A DNA stretch of 64,000 nt from Pseudomonadota bacterium (GCA_038533155.1 JBCAZH010000002.1:82582-146581); one strand, 5' to 3'. Shown: positions 1 through 10,512, counted from the stretch's first letter. Translations and numbers: made by a program. Notes: generated by a model not told the origin, from the letters alone.

Positions 1-148
1 TGCTCGCTCGACCTAGCCGAAGGGCGTACTCGATCATCGGGCGACCGCCGATGGCTGTCAGCGGCTTGATTGATGGCATCCTCGTTCCGGCGCCGGCGGC
101 CAGAATGACGCTCCATAGCTCGGTTGTGCGGGACTCCACGCTTGCCAT
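1..148 (-). CDS. NTP-transferase (MobA-like nucleotidyltransferase) family protein, N-terminal fragment; the gene runs off the left edge
   Basis: Reverse-strand translation from the ATG (complement of 146-148) gives MASVESRTTELWSVILAAGAGTRMPSIKPLTAIGGRPMIEYAL. This carries the ILAAGxGxRM...K nucleotide-binding signature. The fragment is too short for the ORF track. Confidence 0.45.
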   Translation of the reverse strand, partial: MASVESRTTELWSVILAAGAGTRMPSIKPLTAIGGRPMIEYALRLGRAS

Positions 149-216
149 TCTTTGAGGTTGGCCGCGATCTCGTGCATGGTGCACGCTCCACGGCGTTCTA
201 TTCGTAGGTTGTCAGT

Positions 217-684
217 TTGGTCAAGATAGCATCAGTTGCCGATGCCGTAGCCCTCGTGGGTCAGGAAATCGGCGTTTCCAGTTGGTACGAGGTCACGCAG
301 CGGGACATCGATCTGTTCGCAGAGGCGACGGGGGACAACCAGTGGATCCATGTCGATCCTGAGCGTGCAGCCAAAGAGTTACCGGGAGGCAAGACGATCG
401 CTCACGGCTATCTGACACTCGCTCTTATCCCAAAACTGACCAGCGAGTTTGTGGAATTTCAGAATCTTGAGCGCACGATCAATTTCGGCTGCAATAAGGT
501 GCGTTTTTCGGCGATGGTTTGTGCCGGCGAAGCGGTTCGTATTCGGACCCGGATTGCGCAAGCGCGTAAACGGGCCGGCGCCTTATATCTGGTCAGCGAA
601 CACGCCATCGAATTGAAGGGCGCGCGCAAGCCGGCCTGTACGGCCGACACCATCGGGTTGTATTTTCTCAGCGAGTCCTCGTAG
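217..684 (+). CDS. MaoC-like (R)-specific enoyl-CoA hydratase / hot-dog fold dehydratase
   Basis: 155 aa. N-terminus VGQEIGVSSWYEVTQRDIDLFAEATGDNQWIHVDPERA is the typical MaoC dehydratase signature. TTG start. Confidence 0.8.
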   Translation: MVKIASVADAVALVGQEIGVSSWYEVTQRDIDLFAEATGDNQWIHVDPERAAKELPGGKTIAHGYLTLALIPKLTSEFVEFQNLERTINFGCNKVRFSAMVCAGEAVRIRTRIAQARKRAGALYLVSEHAIELKGARKPACTADTIGLYFLSESS

Positions 685-687
685 ACA

Positions 688-1578
688 CTAGCCGTATGCA
701 CCGCTGCGTTGAATGGACTCGACCAGTGCTTCATGCAGGGCGGGCGTTCGGGTGACCAAAAGATCGGCCCTTCTTTCGGGATCAAATTGGTCGAACGCGT
801 TCAGAGAGGTTCCGTCCGGACGGGTTGCTTTTCCCCCTAAACGGGTAACGGCGAACGCGGTCGCGCCAACATCCAGCAGCGCGCAGTCGAGCATCAGATA
901 ACCACTGAGTTGACCGGTAAAAAGGCTGTTCAGTGCGCAGCGTGAATCAGAAGGATCATAGTCTGCGCTGAAATCGAAAATGGGTTGGATCGCCGCGACC
1001 GCATCGATCAGTCTCGGAGGACATTGGTAGACGCCGAGCGGCGCAGCTTCTTGTGTGACGACCTCGAGGGGTTCGGCGTTGCGCAAATCGGCGCCTGTGA
1101 GTACAAAACTTGGCGCGAACAAGCTGCTGCCATAGAGGCGCGACAACGCGGGATGATAGCTCAGCGTTGCAATGATTGACCCACGCCAACGCAGCGAGAC
1201 CAGCAAGTCGAACCAAGGGCTGTTGTCGCGGTACAGGCGCGTGCCGTTGATCGGATCGAGCATGACACAAGCATCAGCACCTGTAGGAAAGTACGGGGTG
1301 TTGCTTGTCGCCGCGTGTTCCTCGCCGTAAAAGTCCCAACCCGGCAGCTTGGCCAGCACAACCGCTTCGATAAACTGCTGTACGCCAATGTCCGCGTCCG
1401 TCAAAGCGGATTGCCAAGCGTCCCCTGTCTTGGGTTCGGCACGGTGCCGAAGGCGGCCTTGCAGGCTTAGCGCATACTGTCCAGCCGTGACCAGCGATGG
1501 CACTAAGCAATCGATAAATCTGAGACTCGCGCGGTGAGCAGCCGTGCGGTTCGACGTCGCAGCTACCGACATGGTCAC
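688..1578 (-). CDS. Inositol monophosphatase-fold family protein (divergent paralog)
   Basis: 296 aa with FYGEE and LDPINGT metal-binding motifs of the IMPase/FBPase fold. The C-terminal WD..AG motif is degenerate (LDVGATAFAV). Its start (GTG 1578 or ATG 1572) abuts or overlaps the stop of the upstream nitrilase. Confidence 0.65.
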   Translation of the reverse strand: MTMSVAATSNRTAAHRASLRFIDCLVPSLVTAGQYALSLQGRLRHRAEPKTGDAWQSALTDADIGVQQFIEAVVLAKLPGWDFYGEEHAATSNTPYFPTGADACVMLDPINGTRLYRDNSPWFDLLVSLRWRGSIIATLSYHPALSRLYGSSLFAPSFVLTGADLRNAEPLEVVTQEAAPLGVYQCPPRLIDAVAAIQPIFDFSADYDPSDSRCALNSLFTGQLSGYLMLDCALLDVGATAFAVTRLGGKATRPDGTSLNAFDQFDPERRADLLVTRTPALHEALVESIQRSGAYG

Positions 1579-2531
1579 CCGCTCTCTAGATCGGTGGAAA
1601 CCGGGTCATCGGAGAACTGCGCTGCCGCGAGCCGTTGACGGTTCACGCTGAGTGCCAACACATCCGGTCTCGCATAGTGCCCACTTGGATCGAAGTTTTG
1701 TCGTTCCTCCAAGACTCGAGCCAGATCGAGGTCAACGGTGAATACGCCCGACTCATTGACTATCGGCTCGAGCAGCCAGTCGCCGTCCGGCGCCGCGACA
1801 CATGACCCACCATTAGCGAGCGTCACATCACCATGCCACGTCTCATCTGGTGTCGAGGACGAGGCGAGATCCTCGCGCCGCATTAGCCCAGAAACGGATA
1901 CCACATAGCTTCTTGATTCACGCGCGATGAATCGGGTGATCCATTCGGTGTTGACCCGATTGCCTGGCCATACGGCAATGTGAAGATTCACGCCCTGTGC
2001 GTACAGCGCGGCCCGCGCCAGTGGCATCCAGTTTTCCCAGCAGTTTAATCCCCCGACTCGAAAATCGCCGAGATCGTGGGCAACCAATCCTGCGCCGTCA
2101 CCCGGCGACCAAACCAACCGCTCCTCGTACGTTGGCATCAGTTTGCGATGCACACTCGCGATCTCACCATGCGCATCGATGTACACGAGAGAGGCGTAAA
2201 GGCTGTGCCCACCGCGGTGCTGTGGCCGTTCCATGATTCCGAGGTATACCGCGAGATTTAAAGATGCGGCCCGTTCCTGAATGCTCTTCAAACCGCCAGA
2301 CTCAATATCAATGGCGGCGCGCAAGTAACGTGCGTACCAGTCCTTTTGTCGGGCGGAGTCGAATCTCGCGCCATCGGTGCGTTCGACCCAGAAAGGATAT
2401 CCCGGCAGCAGGCCTTCGCCGAAAACAATCAAATGCGCGCCTTTGGCTGCCGACATAGCATCTAGAATCCGTGCTTCGGTTGCTTCGCGGTCCAGCAATA
2501 CCGGCGCAATCTGCGCGAGTGCGACTTTCAT
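1575..2531 (-). CDS. Nitrilase / carbon-nitrogen hydrolase family protein
   Basis: Glu-Lys-Cys triad contexts are present: VFGEG, HRKLMPT, GGLNCWENWMP. I place the start at MKVALAQIAP (ATG complement 2529-2531), preceded by a GGGGAGA RBS. Confidence 0.85.
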   Translation of the reverse strand: MKVALAQIAPVLLDREATEARILDAMSAAKGAHLIVFGEGLLPGYPFWVERTDGARFDSARQKDWYARYLRAAIDIESGGLKSIQERAASLNLAVYLGIMERPQHRGGHSLYASLVYIDAHGEIASVHRKLMPTYEERLVWSPGDGAGLVAHDLGDFRVGGLNCWENWMPLARAALYAQGVNLHIAVWPGNRVNTEWITRFIARESRSYVVSVSGLMRREDLASSSTPDETWHGDVTLANGGSCVAAPDGDWLLEPIVNESGVFTVDLDLARVLEERQNFDPSGHYARPDVLALSVNRQRLAAAQFSDDPVSTDLESG

Positions 2532-2586
2532 ATCAATTTCTCCCCGCACACCAAATCAGTGCGACGTACGCAGTATACTGCGCCGC

Positions 2587-4491
2587 ATGGCGCTACTCCG
2601 TTTTGATGATATCCGCGTAGAGTTCGGTGCGGACCCGATTCTTGAGTCTGCAGATTTTGCGCTTGAGGCGGGAGAACGCGTCTGTGTGGTGGGCCGCAAC
2701 GGCGCCGGTAAGTCCACCACGCTCAAGCTGATCTCCGGTGCGCTGATTCCGGATAGCGGTGAGGTTGTTCGTACCGAGGGATTGGTCGTCGCCGAGCTAC
2801 CTCAATCACTGCCGCCAGCGACGGAGCTGACCGCGTCTCAATACGTCGGGCAGGCGCTCGGTGAGCTTGAAGCGCTTCGAACCCGGTTCGAACGTTTGTC
2901 TTCCGATCCGGCAGCGACGGGCAGCAAAGAGCTCGAAGGTATCCAAAGCGAACTGGACGCGCGTGGCGCGTGGGATTTGGAGCGACGGGTCGAACGGACG
3001 GTCAGCGAGCTTGGTTTACCGGGTGATACGCCACTTAAGCTGCTGTCCGGTGGCTGGCGTCGACGCGTCGCGCTCGCGCGGGCGCTTGTGCTGAATCCCG
3101 ACGTCCTTCTGTTGGATGAGCCGACCAACCATCTCGATATCAATACGATCGAATGGCTGGAGCAGCGCTTGCTGACTTTCTCGGGCAGCGTTGTGTTCGT
3201 GACTCACGATCGCGCATTCCTCCAAAAGCTTGCCACTCGGATCGTGGATATTGATCGAGGCAAGCTAGTCAGTTGGCCTGGCGACTTTCAGCAGTATCTC
3301 GCAGATCGCCAACAAGCTTGGCAAGAAGAGGATGAGCACAACGCCAAGTTCGATAAGCGACTTGCTGAAGAGGAGGCTTGGATTCGCCAAGGCATCAAGG
3401 CACGACGAACGCGCAATGAAGGTCGAGTCCGCGCCTTGCACGCCATGCGCGAGACGGCGGATAGCCGACGTAAGCGCGCACAGACCGCTCGTGTCCATAT
3501 CGAATCGTCGGATCCTTCGGGCCGCAAGGCGGTACAACTACACAACGTGAGCTTCGGTTATGGCGGAAGTCTTCTGATCGATAAGCTCAGTATGGTCATC
3601 CAGCGGGGCGATCGGATCGGTTTGGTTGGTAACAACGGCGTTGGAAAGAGCACGCTACTAAAGTTGATTCTGGGCGAACTCGAACCACACAGCGGCACGG
3701 TGAAGCACGGAACCAATCTCGAGATCGGCTACTTCGACCAACTGCGTCGGGAACTCGATGGCAACAAGACGATTGCCGAGGTCGTCGGCGAAGGCAATGA
3801 TTACATCATGCTGAACGGCAAACCACGTCATGTCGTTGGCTATCTCCGCGGCTTTTTGTTTTCCGCGAAACGTATTCTGTCGCCGGTATCGGCACTATCT
3901 GGTGGCGAGAAAAATCGTGTGGTTCTGGCGCGCCTGTTAAGCCGTCCTAGCAACCTTCTGGTGTTGGATGAGCCGACCAACGACCTGGACGTTGAAACCT
4001 TGCAGGTACTCGAGCAGCAACTGGCGGGATACACCGGGACGTTATTGGTCGTGAGTCATGATCGCCAGTTTCTAGATAACGTGGTGACCAGCACCCTGGT
4101 GTTCGAGCAGGGGGGCACCGTTGAGCGGTTCGTCGGTAATTTCTCGGATTGGCTGCGGCAGGGTCGCAAGCTGGCGGTCAATGATCGACCCGGTCGCGAT
4201 AGCGGTTCAGCCGCTAATCATCAAAGTCGAACTCCGCGCAAAGCGACGAAGTTAAGTTACAAAGATCAGCGGGAACTTGATTCGCTGCCGGATGCGATCG
4301 CGGCGCTCGAGTCGAGTATCGAGGCGCTTCGTGAACAAACCGCAGCCGACGGATTTTACGAACAGCACTTCGAGGATGTCGTCCAACCCGTTCTCGATGA
4401 TTTGGCCGCGAAGGAGTCTGACTACGAGCGACTACTGACGCGATGGACGGAGCTTGAGGATTTGGCCGAAACGCTCCGATCCGGCAGCTAG
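2587..4491 (+). CDS. uup: ABC-F family ATPase Uup
   Basis: Two ABC ATPase cassettes (GRNGAGKST and GNNGVGKST Walker A; LSGG signatures), an inter-domain linker and a C-terminal coiled coil. The start is trimmed to MALLRFDDI (ATG 2587), giving 634 aa. The ORF-track extension overlaps the divergent nitrilase. Confidence 0.85.
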   Translation: MALLRFDDIRVEFGADPILESADFALEAGERVCVVGRNGAGKSTTLKLISGALIPDSGEVVRTEGLVVAELPQSLPPATELTASQYVGQALGELEALRTRFERLSSDPAATGSKELEGIQSELDARGAWDLERRVERTVSELGLPGDTPLKLLSGGWRRRVALARALVLNPDVLLLDEPTNHLDINTIEWLEQRLLTFSGSVVFVTHDRAFLQKLATRIVDIDRGKLVSWPGDFQQYLADRQQAWQEEDEHNAKFDKRLAEEEAWIRQGIKARRTRNEGRVRALHAMRETADSRRKRAQTARVHIESSDPSGRKAVQLHNVSFGYGGSLLIDKLSMVIQRGDRIGLVGNNGVGKSTLLKLILGELEPHSGTVKHGTNLEIGYFDQLRRELDGNKTIAEVVGEGNDYIMLNGKPRHVVGYLRGFLFSAKRILSPVSALSGGEKNRVVLARLLSRPSNLLVLDEPTNDLDVETLQVLEQQLAGYTGTLLVVSHDRQFLDNVVTSTLVFEQGGTVERFVGNFSDWLRQGRKLAVNDRPGRDSGSAANHQSRTPRKATKLSYKDQRELDSLPDAIAALESSIEALREQTAADGFYEQHFEDVVQPVLDDLAAKESDYERLLTRWTELEDLAETLRSGS

Positions 4492-4566
4492 CGCGGGCTG
4501 GTTCAAATCGAGGCTTTCATGCACACTTTAGAAATCCAATAAGCGTTTACGACCTAGGGGGGAGCC

Positions 4567-6201
4567 ATGCGCGGATTGATGATGGATCAGCCACTACTGA
4601 TCTCGAGCATTGCGGAGCACGCAGTGACGTTCCATGCCGGATCCGAGATTGTTTCGGTGACGGCGGATAACCCGCGGCATTGTTACACCTACGCGGAGTG
4701 TTTCGGCCGGGCTAAGCGGGTCGCGAATGCACTCGAGTCCCTAGGGTTGGCGCGGGGCGACCGGGTGGCGACGCTGGCGTGGAATGACTATCGGCATATG
4801 GAAGCCTACTACGGCATTTCCGGGGCAGGATTCGTCTGTCATACCATTAATCCGAGGCTGTTCCCAGAGCAGCTGATCTACATCATCAATCACGCCGAAG
4901 ATCGTGTGCTGTTGATTGACCCGATGTTTCTGCCGCTGGTAGCTGCCATTCGCGACAAGGTGGAATGCTTAGAGCACATCATCGTGATGTGCGGTGATGA
5001 TGGTTTGCCGGAAACCGACTATCCGGTGCAAAGCTACGAGTCATGGATTGGCGCTGCTTCCGCTGACTACGATTGGCCCGAGTTTGACGAGAACACCGCC
5101 TCGGCGCTGTGTTACACATCCGGCACGACGGGCAACCCGAAAGGCGTGCTGTATTCGCATCGTTCAACGGTCTTGCACGCGATCTGCGGATTGATGCCGG
5201 ACGCGCTAAACGTTTCTCGATCCGATGTTGTGTTGCCGGTGGTGCCGCTGTTCCACGTCAACGCTTGGGGTATCCCCTATTGCGCGCCGATGGTGGGTTC
5301 GAAGCTTGTGATGCCGGGTCCGAAAATGGGTGACGGGGAGACGCTTTATAACCTGCTTGAAGGTGAGGGCGTCACTTTGGCTTTGGGTGTGCCGACCGTC
5401 TGGTTGGCGTTGCTGGACTATGCGCGTAAGCAGGGGTTAAAGCTGAACCACCTGCAAAGAACAGTCGTTGGTGGTGCGGCTGTGCCGGCTTCGATGATCG
5501 AGGCGTTCCGTGACGAACACGATGTTGTTGTGCACCAAGGTTGGGGCATGACAGAAATGAGTCCGTTGGGCGTCGTGAACAAGTTGTTGCCCAAGCACGC
5601 GGATCTAGCCGCTGATGAGCAAGTCAAGATACAAGCGAAAGCGGGTCGTGGCATCTACGGCGTGCAAATGAAAATCGTCGACGATCAGGGTGAGGCGCTG
5701 CCTTGGGACGGCAAAGCGTTCGGCGCACTGCGGGTTCGCGGGCCCTGGATTTGCAGTGATTACTTCAAGCTGGAAGGCGGCAGTGAGGCGCACGCCGATG
5801 CCGGTTGGTTCGATACCGGTGACGTTGCGACGATCGATCCAGATGGCTTTATGGCGATTACCGACCGAACCAAAGACGTCATCAAATCCGGCGGGGAGTG
5901 GATCAGTTCGATCGATCTGGAAAATACAGCGATGGGCCATCCGGATGTCGCTGAGGCGGCGGTCATTGGGGTCGCACATCCGAAATGGACGGAACGTCCG
6001 TTGATGGTTGTCGTCAAGCAGGAGGGCAGCGATCTGGACAAAGATGGTGTGCTCGGTTACCTAGACGGCAAAATCGCCAAATGGTGGACTCCTGACGATG
6101 TGGTGTTCGTCGACGAGCTTCCGCATACTGCGACTGGCAAGATTAAGAAAACCACCTTGCGTGAGCAATTTTCAGATTACGTCTTGCCGACCGCAGATTA
6201 G
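4567..6201 (+). CDS. Long-chain-fatty-acid--CoA ligase (AMP-dependent synthetase/ligase)
   Basis: 544 aa. AMP-binding motif [12 protein letters not shown]; C-terminal GEWISS and [10 protein letters not shown] motifs. GGGGGAG RBS before the ATG. Confidence 0.85.
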   Translation: MRGLMMDQPLLISSIAEHAVTFHAGSEIVSVTADNPRHCYTYAECFGRAKRVANALESLGLARGDRVATLAWNDYRHMEAYYGISGAGFVCHTINPRLFPEQLIYIINHAEDRVLLIDPMFLPLVAAIRDKVECLEHIIVMCGDDGLPETDYPVQSYESWIGAASADYDWPEFDENTASALCYTSGTTGNPKGVLYSHRSTVLHAICGLMPDALNVSRSDVVLPVVPLFHVNAWGIPYCAPMVGSKLVMPGPKMGDGETLYNLLEGEGVTLALGVPTVWLALLDYARKQGLKLNHLQRTVVGGAAVPASMIEAFRDEHDVVVHQGWGMTEMSPLGVVNKLLPKHADLAADEQVKIQAKAGRGIYGVQMKIVDDQGEALPWDGKAFGALRVRGPWICSDYFKLEGGSEAHADAGWFDTGDVATIDPDGFMAITDRTKDVIKSGGEWISSIDLENTAMGHPDVAEAAVIGVAHPKWTERPLMVVVKQEGSDLDKDGVLGYLDGKIAKWWTPDDVVFVDELPHTATGKIKKTTLREQFSDYVLPTAD

Positions 6202-6219
6202 TCTGGGAGCCGCGAACCC

Positions 6220-6411
6220 ATGAGCCAAATTCGAGCACTGCCATTATTGCTTCTGGTAATAGGCGCTTTGGCTCTCGGGCAATCCGTTTGGTGGGCAGGT
6301 TTTGAAACGGGGCGACAGGTGCATGCCGGCATCGGCACTGTAGTTGGACTCGTCAGCAGCGCGGGAGCGATCATGTTGCTTCGCTCAGGAAGAGATAAGG
6401 AAACGGACTAG
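6220..6411 (+). CDS. Small hydrophobic membrane protein (hypothetical, 63 aa)
   Basis: Two predicted hydrophobic spans (LPLLLLVIGALALG and GIGTVVGLVSSAGAIMLL). Its stop TAG overlaps the GTG start of the downstream SDR (TAGTG at 6409-6413), which suggests translational coupling. Confidence 0.45.
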   Translation: MSQIRALPLLLLVIGALALGQSVWWAGFETGRQVHAGIGTVVGLVSSAGAIMLLRSGRDKETD

Positions 6412-7166
6412 TGGAAGAGAAGCAAAGATTGCATCAGATGCGCGCAGTGGTCACAGGCGCGGCGACCGGTATCGGTGAGGCGATCGCTCGGGTATTTGCC
6501 CAACATGGCGCTAGCGTTGTTGGTGTTGACCTGCCGGACTCAGGCATCGAAGAACGATTCAAAGGCGTGCCTAACGTCACCGGGTATGTGCTGGATGTAT
6601 CGGAAGAAGCTGCACCGGAGCGGATGGTCGAACTGATTGACGCTGACCTCGGCGGGCTCGACATTCTCGTGAACAACGCCGGAATTAGCGATATGCAGAG
6701 TGTTGAGAAAAGCTCGGATGCGCAGTGGGATCACATCATGGCGAATAATCTGCGCCCGGTGTTCCGGCTGTCGCGCACGGCCATTCCGTTGTTGAAGCGC
6801 AGTCCGGCGGGCCGGATTATCAATCTCGGGTCCATTTATTCGTTTATGGGCGGGCGTTATCTGTCTGCTTATGCAGCGTCAAAGCATGCGGTTGCTGGCC
6901 TCACGAAATCCCTTGCTGGTGAAGTGGGTAAACACGGCATCACGGTGAATTACATCCAGCCGGGTGCGATCATGACTAACATGACGCGTCCCGCGTTTCG
7001 GCAGAACCCGGAGTTGCGAGACCAATACATTGCGGGTTGTTCCATGGGTCGTCTGGGTGAGCCGTTGGACGTGGCTCGCGTGGCCTTGTTTTTGGCGAGC
7101 GACGACGCCGCCTACGTTACCGGCACCGGCATTGTCGTCGATGGCGGCACGGTACAACAGACATGA
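6411..7166 (+). CDS. SDR family oxidoreductase (3-oxoacyl-ACP reductase-like)
   Basis: TGAATGIG cofactor motif, NNAG, and catalytic YAASKHAV. Confidence 0.8.
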   Translation: MEEKQRLHQMRAVVTGAATGIGEAIARVFAQHGASVVGVDLPDSGIEERFKGVPNVTGYVLDVSEEAAPERMVELIDADLGGLDILVNNAGISDMQSVEKSSDAQWDHIMANNLRPVFRLSRTAIPLLKRSPAGRIINLGSIYSFMGGRYLSAYAASKHAVAGLTKSLAGEVGKHGITVNYIQPGAIMTNMTRPAFRQNPELRDQYIAGCSMGRLGEPLDVARVALFLASDDAAYVTGTGIVVDGGTVQQT

Positions 7167-7492
7167 GTGGGTCTGCAGAGCAACCGCTTGAGTTTTCCAG
7201 CTTCGGTGAGTTTTACCCGTATTACCTTGCCGAGCACGCTGACGTGAACTGTCGTCGACTGCATTTCGTCGGCACGACCGGGGTCATCGCTTTGTTTGTG
7301 CTCACGCTCGCAACGGCCAATCCTTGGTGGCTGCTGGCGACGCCGGTAATGGGTTACGGGTTTGCTTGGCTCGGACACTTCGCGTTTGAGAACAACAAGC
7401 CCGCCACGTTTAAGTTTCCGTTATACAGCCTAGCCGGCGACTGGGTGATGTATCGGGATATTTTGATCGGGCGCGTGTCTTTGCGCCGCTAG
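7163..7492 (+). CDS. DUF962 (Mpo1-like) membrane protein
   Basis: FGEFYPYYLAEH...NCRRLHFVGT...GHFAFENNKPATF pattern typical of DUF962. ATGA overlap with the SDR stop. Confidence 0.65.
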   Translation: MSGSAEQPLEFSSFGEFYPYYLAEHADVNCRRLHFVGTTGVIALFVLTLATANPWWLLATPVMGYGFAWLGHFAFENNKPATFKFPLYSLAGDWVMYRDILIGRVSLRR

Positions 7493-8232
7493 CTGACCCC
7501 AAGGCTAGCTTTTAGAGTCGCCAAGTAATCGCGGATTCTCTGCGCGTTTGTACCTAGGTCGCTTTGGCCGACTCGAGACTTGGACCGCACGTCCACAATG
7601 ACGCCCGCGTTGCCTTGGGACACGCGAATGATGATGTCGTCTTTGTAGCCATACCAGAACGTCACGTCGGTGGCTTCTATTTGCTGACTGCCATCCTGAC
7701 GGACCACGGCCTGCCAGCCCTGAGCGACCGCCGCCGCTTCGGCAGCATCGAGCACACGTGCTGCGTCATTACCCGGAACGACCAACGGCTGAATGTCGGG
7801 ATAAGCCTCTAGCTGCTGTTTCGCAAAGGCCTCTCCAGGGTAGGCGTCCGGGTTGGCGGCGCCAGCGCGGGCACCGGCGAGAATATCGAATTGCGGCGGA
7901 TTGCCGACATCCGTGGTGATGTCATGGATCTGTGGGACGGATGCGCCTTTTATCACCCAGGAGACCAGAGTCGCCGTCAGTGCACCGCTGATGAGAACGC
8001 ACCCTGCAAGCATCGCCGTTCTGCGACGCATGGTCGGTAGAACGAGCGCGAGTATGGCGCACAGCAATGCAACAGCACCAAGTATCAAGGCACCCAGGCT
8101 CATGAGAACGGCAAACTTCGTCGGAATCAGACCAAATCGATGCCCGGGACCTGCGATCAGCAAAATCAGAACGGCACTGATGGTTTCGAATTTCGCGATC
8201 ATCGCGAGGCGGTCGGCAATGGTTCTTTTCAC
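7489..8232 (-). CDS. DUF1499 domain-containing membrane protein
   Basis: Several N-terminal TM spans, followed by a C-terminal domain with the SKSRVGQSDLGTNAQRIRDYL motif seen in DUF1499 proteins. Confidence 0.55.
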   Translation of the reverse strand: MKRTIADRLAMIAKFETISAVLILLIAGPGHRFGLIPTKFAVLMSLGALILGAVALLCAILALVLPTMRRRTAMLAGCVLISGALTATLVSWVIKGASVPQIHDITTDVGNPPQFDILAGARAGAANPDAYPGEAFAKQQLEAYPDIQPLVVPGNDAARVLDAAEAAAVAQGWQAVVRQDGSQQIEATDVTFWYGYKDDIIIRVSQGNAGVIVDVRSKSRVGQSDLGTNAQRIRDYLATLKASLGVS

Positions 8233-8342
8233 TAGGCTGCTCTCAACCGAACAATGGTGCTCGGAGGATACCGGCTGCGGCCGGTGGGGTCTATTGGTGC
8301 GCCATGTGGTCTAATGTCGCGATTCTAAAGATGGAGTGTGCG

Positions 8343-9242
8343 ATGGATCCGGTGCTCGAAGACCTGTGTCATTTGCTAACGCTTGAGCGCATCGAAGCGA
8401 ATATCTTCCGAGGCGAGAGTCGCGATATCGGTAGTGAGCAAGTGTTTGGCGGGCAGGTACTCGGACAGGCCTTGTCGGCAGCACAGCGGACCGTCGATGA
8501 CGATCGGTGTGCGAACTCCCTGCACGCGTATTTTTTGCGCCGGGGCGACATGGAAGCGCCGATCGTCTACGAGGTTGATCGCCAACGCGACGGGCGCAGC
8601 TTTTCGGTCAGACGGGTGGTCGCGATTCAGCATGGCCGGCCGATTCTCAACATGGCCGCTTCTTTTCAGCGCCCAGAAGAGGGCCTTTCGCATCAGTTTG
8701 ACATGCCGGATGTGCCCGACCCCGAGAGTCTTGTCGACGCGAGAGATATCGCACGGGATGTCGGTGAACTGCTGCCAGCGAAGATGCGGCGTTTTGTCAC
8801 GGAGGAAAGGCCGTTTGAGTTTCGGCCCGTCGAGCCCCCTGCGTTCGTCGCACGTGAAGAGCGCGAGCCGTACAAACATGTATGGGTGAGAGCAGTCGAT
8901 CAGCTTCCTGACGATGCCAATTTGCACAGAGCGATGCTCGCGTATGTGTCGGATTACGAGTTGCTAGGCACCAGTGCGCTCCCACATGGACTGCGATACG
9001 GTACGGGTCAGGTTCAGATGGCGAGTTTGGACCATGCGTTGTGGTTTCATAGACCGCTGCGAGTCGACGAGTGGTTTCTCTACGTGATGGACAGCCCTAA
9101 CGCGAGTAGCGGCAGGGGATTCGCGCGTGGGCGCATCTATCGCCCTGATGGAATTCTCGCGGCCAGCACTGCTCAGGAAGGCGTGGTGCGCGTTTGGGAT
9201 GATTCACGAAGTCAGTCGAGTCACCCCGCAGAGCAGAAATAG
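8343..9242 (+). CDS. tesB: Acyl-CoA thioesterase II
   Basis: LLTLERIEANIFRGESRDIG..VFGGQVLGQAL...HSLHAYFLRRGD matches the TesB double hot-dog signature. The start is trimmed to MDPVLEDL (ATG 8343). Confidence 0.85.
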   Translation: MDPVLEDLCHLLTLERIEANIFRGESRDIGSEQVFGGQVLGQALSAAQRTVDDDRCANSLHAYFLRRGDMEAPIVYEVDRQRDGRSFSVRRVVAIQHGRPILNMAASFQRPEEGLSHQFDMPDVPDPESLVDARDIARDVGELLPAKMRRFVTEERPFEFRPVEPPAFVAREEREPYKHVWVRAVDQLPDDANLHRAMLAYVSDYELLGTSALPHGLRYGTGQVQMASLDHALWFHRPLRVDEWFLYVMDSPNASSGRGFARGRIYRPDGILAASTAQEGVVRVWDDSRSQSSHPAEQK

Positions 9243-9244
9243 GG

Positions 9245-9772
9245 TTAGTCCGATACGGCCTTTAGCTGAGTCGCGAAGCGCCTTGCGTTCGCGACGTAGT
9301 GGTCGGCGCTGAGTCGCAGCTGTGCCCGCTCTTCGTCGCTGAGCTCACGAATCACTTTGGCCGGCGTTCCCATAATGAGGACGCCATCTGGAAACTGTTT
9401 GCCTTCTGTCACCAGCGTATGGGCACCGACCAGCGATTCTGATCCGATCACAGCGCCATTGAGTACAGTCGCGCCGATACCGATCAGTGCGTAGTCGCCG
9501 ATCGTGCAGCCGTGCAACATCGCTTGGTGGCCGATGGTGACACCCGTTCCAAGGGTCAATGGAAAGCCGAAGTCGGTATGCAAAACGCTGTGGTCTTGCA
9601 CGTTCGATCGCGCACCGATCGTGATCTGTTCCATATCACCGCGCAAAACGCTGCCAAACCAGACGCTGGCAGAATCGTGCAACGTCACTTTGCCAATGAC
9701 GGCCGCGCTGTCGGCGATCCATTGGTTGTCACCGATCAACTCAGGTGCCGCGTCGTCGAGCGCGTACCTCAT
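9245..9772 (-). CDS. Gamma-class carbonic anhydrase / hexapeptide-repeat family protein (YrdA/PaaY-like)
   Basis: 175 aa left-handed beta-helix repeat protein with the [10 protein letters not shown]...[16 protein letters not shown] pattern. 4-nt overlap with the upstream gpmA. Confidence 0.75.
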   Translation of the reverse strand: MRYALDDAAPELIGDNQWIADSAAVIGKVTLHDSASVWFGSVLRGDMEQITIGARSNVQDHSVLHTDFGFPLTLGTGVTIGHQAMLHGCTIGDYALIGIGATVLNGAVIGSESLVGAHTLVTEGKQFPDGVLIMGTPAKVIRELSDEERAQLRLSADHYVANARRFATQLKAVSD

Positions 9773-10512
9773 GTCGATTTGCCCTGATTCGCGACGGCGT
9801 GGGCTGCGGCAGCGATCGCGTCGGCATCGCCAAGAAACTCACGGGAAATCGGACTGAGGTCGTCATTCAGACGGTACTCGATAGGCACGCCTGTCGGAAT
9901 GTTAAACCCAGTAATGTCCTGCTCGGACACACCGTCCAACATCTTCACAAGCGCTCTCAAGCTATTGCCATGGGCCGCAATCAGCACGTTCTTACCGCTC
10001 TTGAGGTCGGGTGCGATACGGGCTTGCCAAATCTCCGCCACGCGCACGAGCGTCAACGCCAGCGATTCGGTTTCCGGTAGGGCATCGATCCCCGCATAGC
10101 GCCTGTCAAAGCGCGGATGACGTTCATCGTCCTGGTCAAGGGCGGGTGGGGTGATGTCATACGAGCGGCGCCAGATATGCACCTGTTCGTCGCCGTACTT
10201 CTCCGCGGTCTCTGCTTTGTTAAGGCCTTGGAGCGCACCGTAGTGACGTTCGTTCAAACGCCAGTCGCGATGCACTGGCAACCAGACTCGATCCATTTCC
10301 TCCAGCATGAACCACAGCGTACGAATCGCTCGTTTCAGAACAGAGGTGTAGGCCACGTCGAAGTCGAAACCACTATCGGTTAGCAATTTGCCAGCAGCTT
10401 TGGCCTCGGCGACGCCTTTTTCAGTTAAGTCGACGTCGGTCCATCCTGTGAACAGATTCTTAAGATTCCACTCGCTTTGGCCATGTCGGCACAGTATGAG
10501 TTTTCCAGGCAT
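9769..10512 (-). CDS. gpmA: 2,3-bisphosphoglycerate-dependent phosphoglycerate mutase
   Basis: N-terminal [29 protein letters not shown], the catalytic RHG motif. Confidence 0.92.
   Translation of the reverse strand: MPGKLILCRHGQSEWNLKNLFTGWTDVDLTEKGVAEAKAAGKLLTDSGFDFDVAYTSVLKRAIRTLWFMLEEMDRVWLPVHRDWRLNERHYGALQGLNKAETAEKYGDEQVHIWRRSYDITPPALDQDDERHPRFDRRYAGIDALPETESLALTLVRVAEIWQARIAPDLKSGKNVLIAAHGNSLRALVKMLDGVSEQDITGFNIPTGVPIEYRLNDDLSPISREFLGDADAIAAAAHAVANQGKST

Noticed and set aside
2377-2586. A 70-codon N-terminal extension of the uup ORF.
   Set aside because: It overlaps the 5' end of the divergent nitrilase gene and is not ABC-F-like. MALLRFDDI gives a protein of the same length class as E. 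coli Uup.
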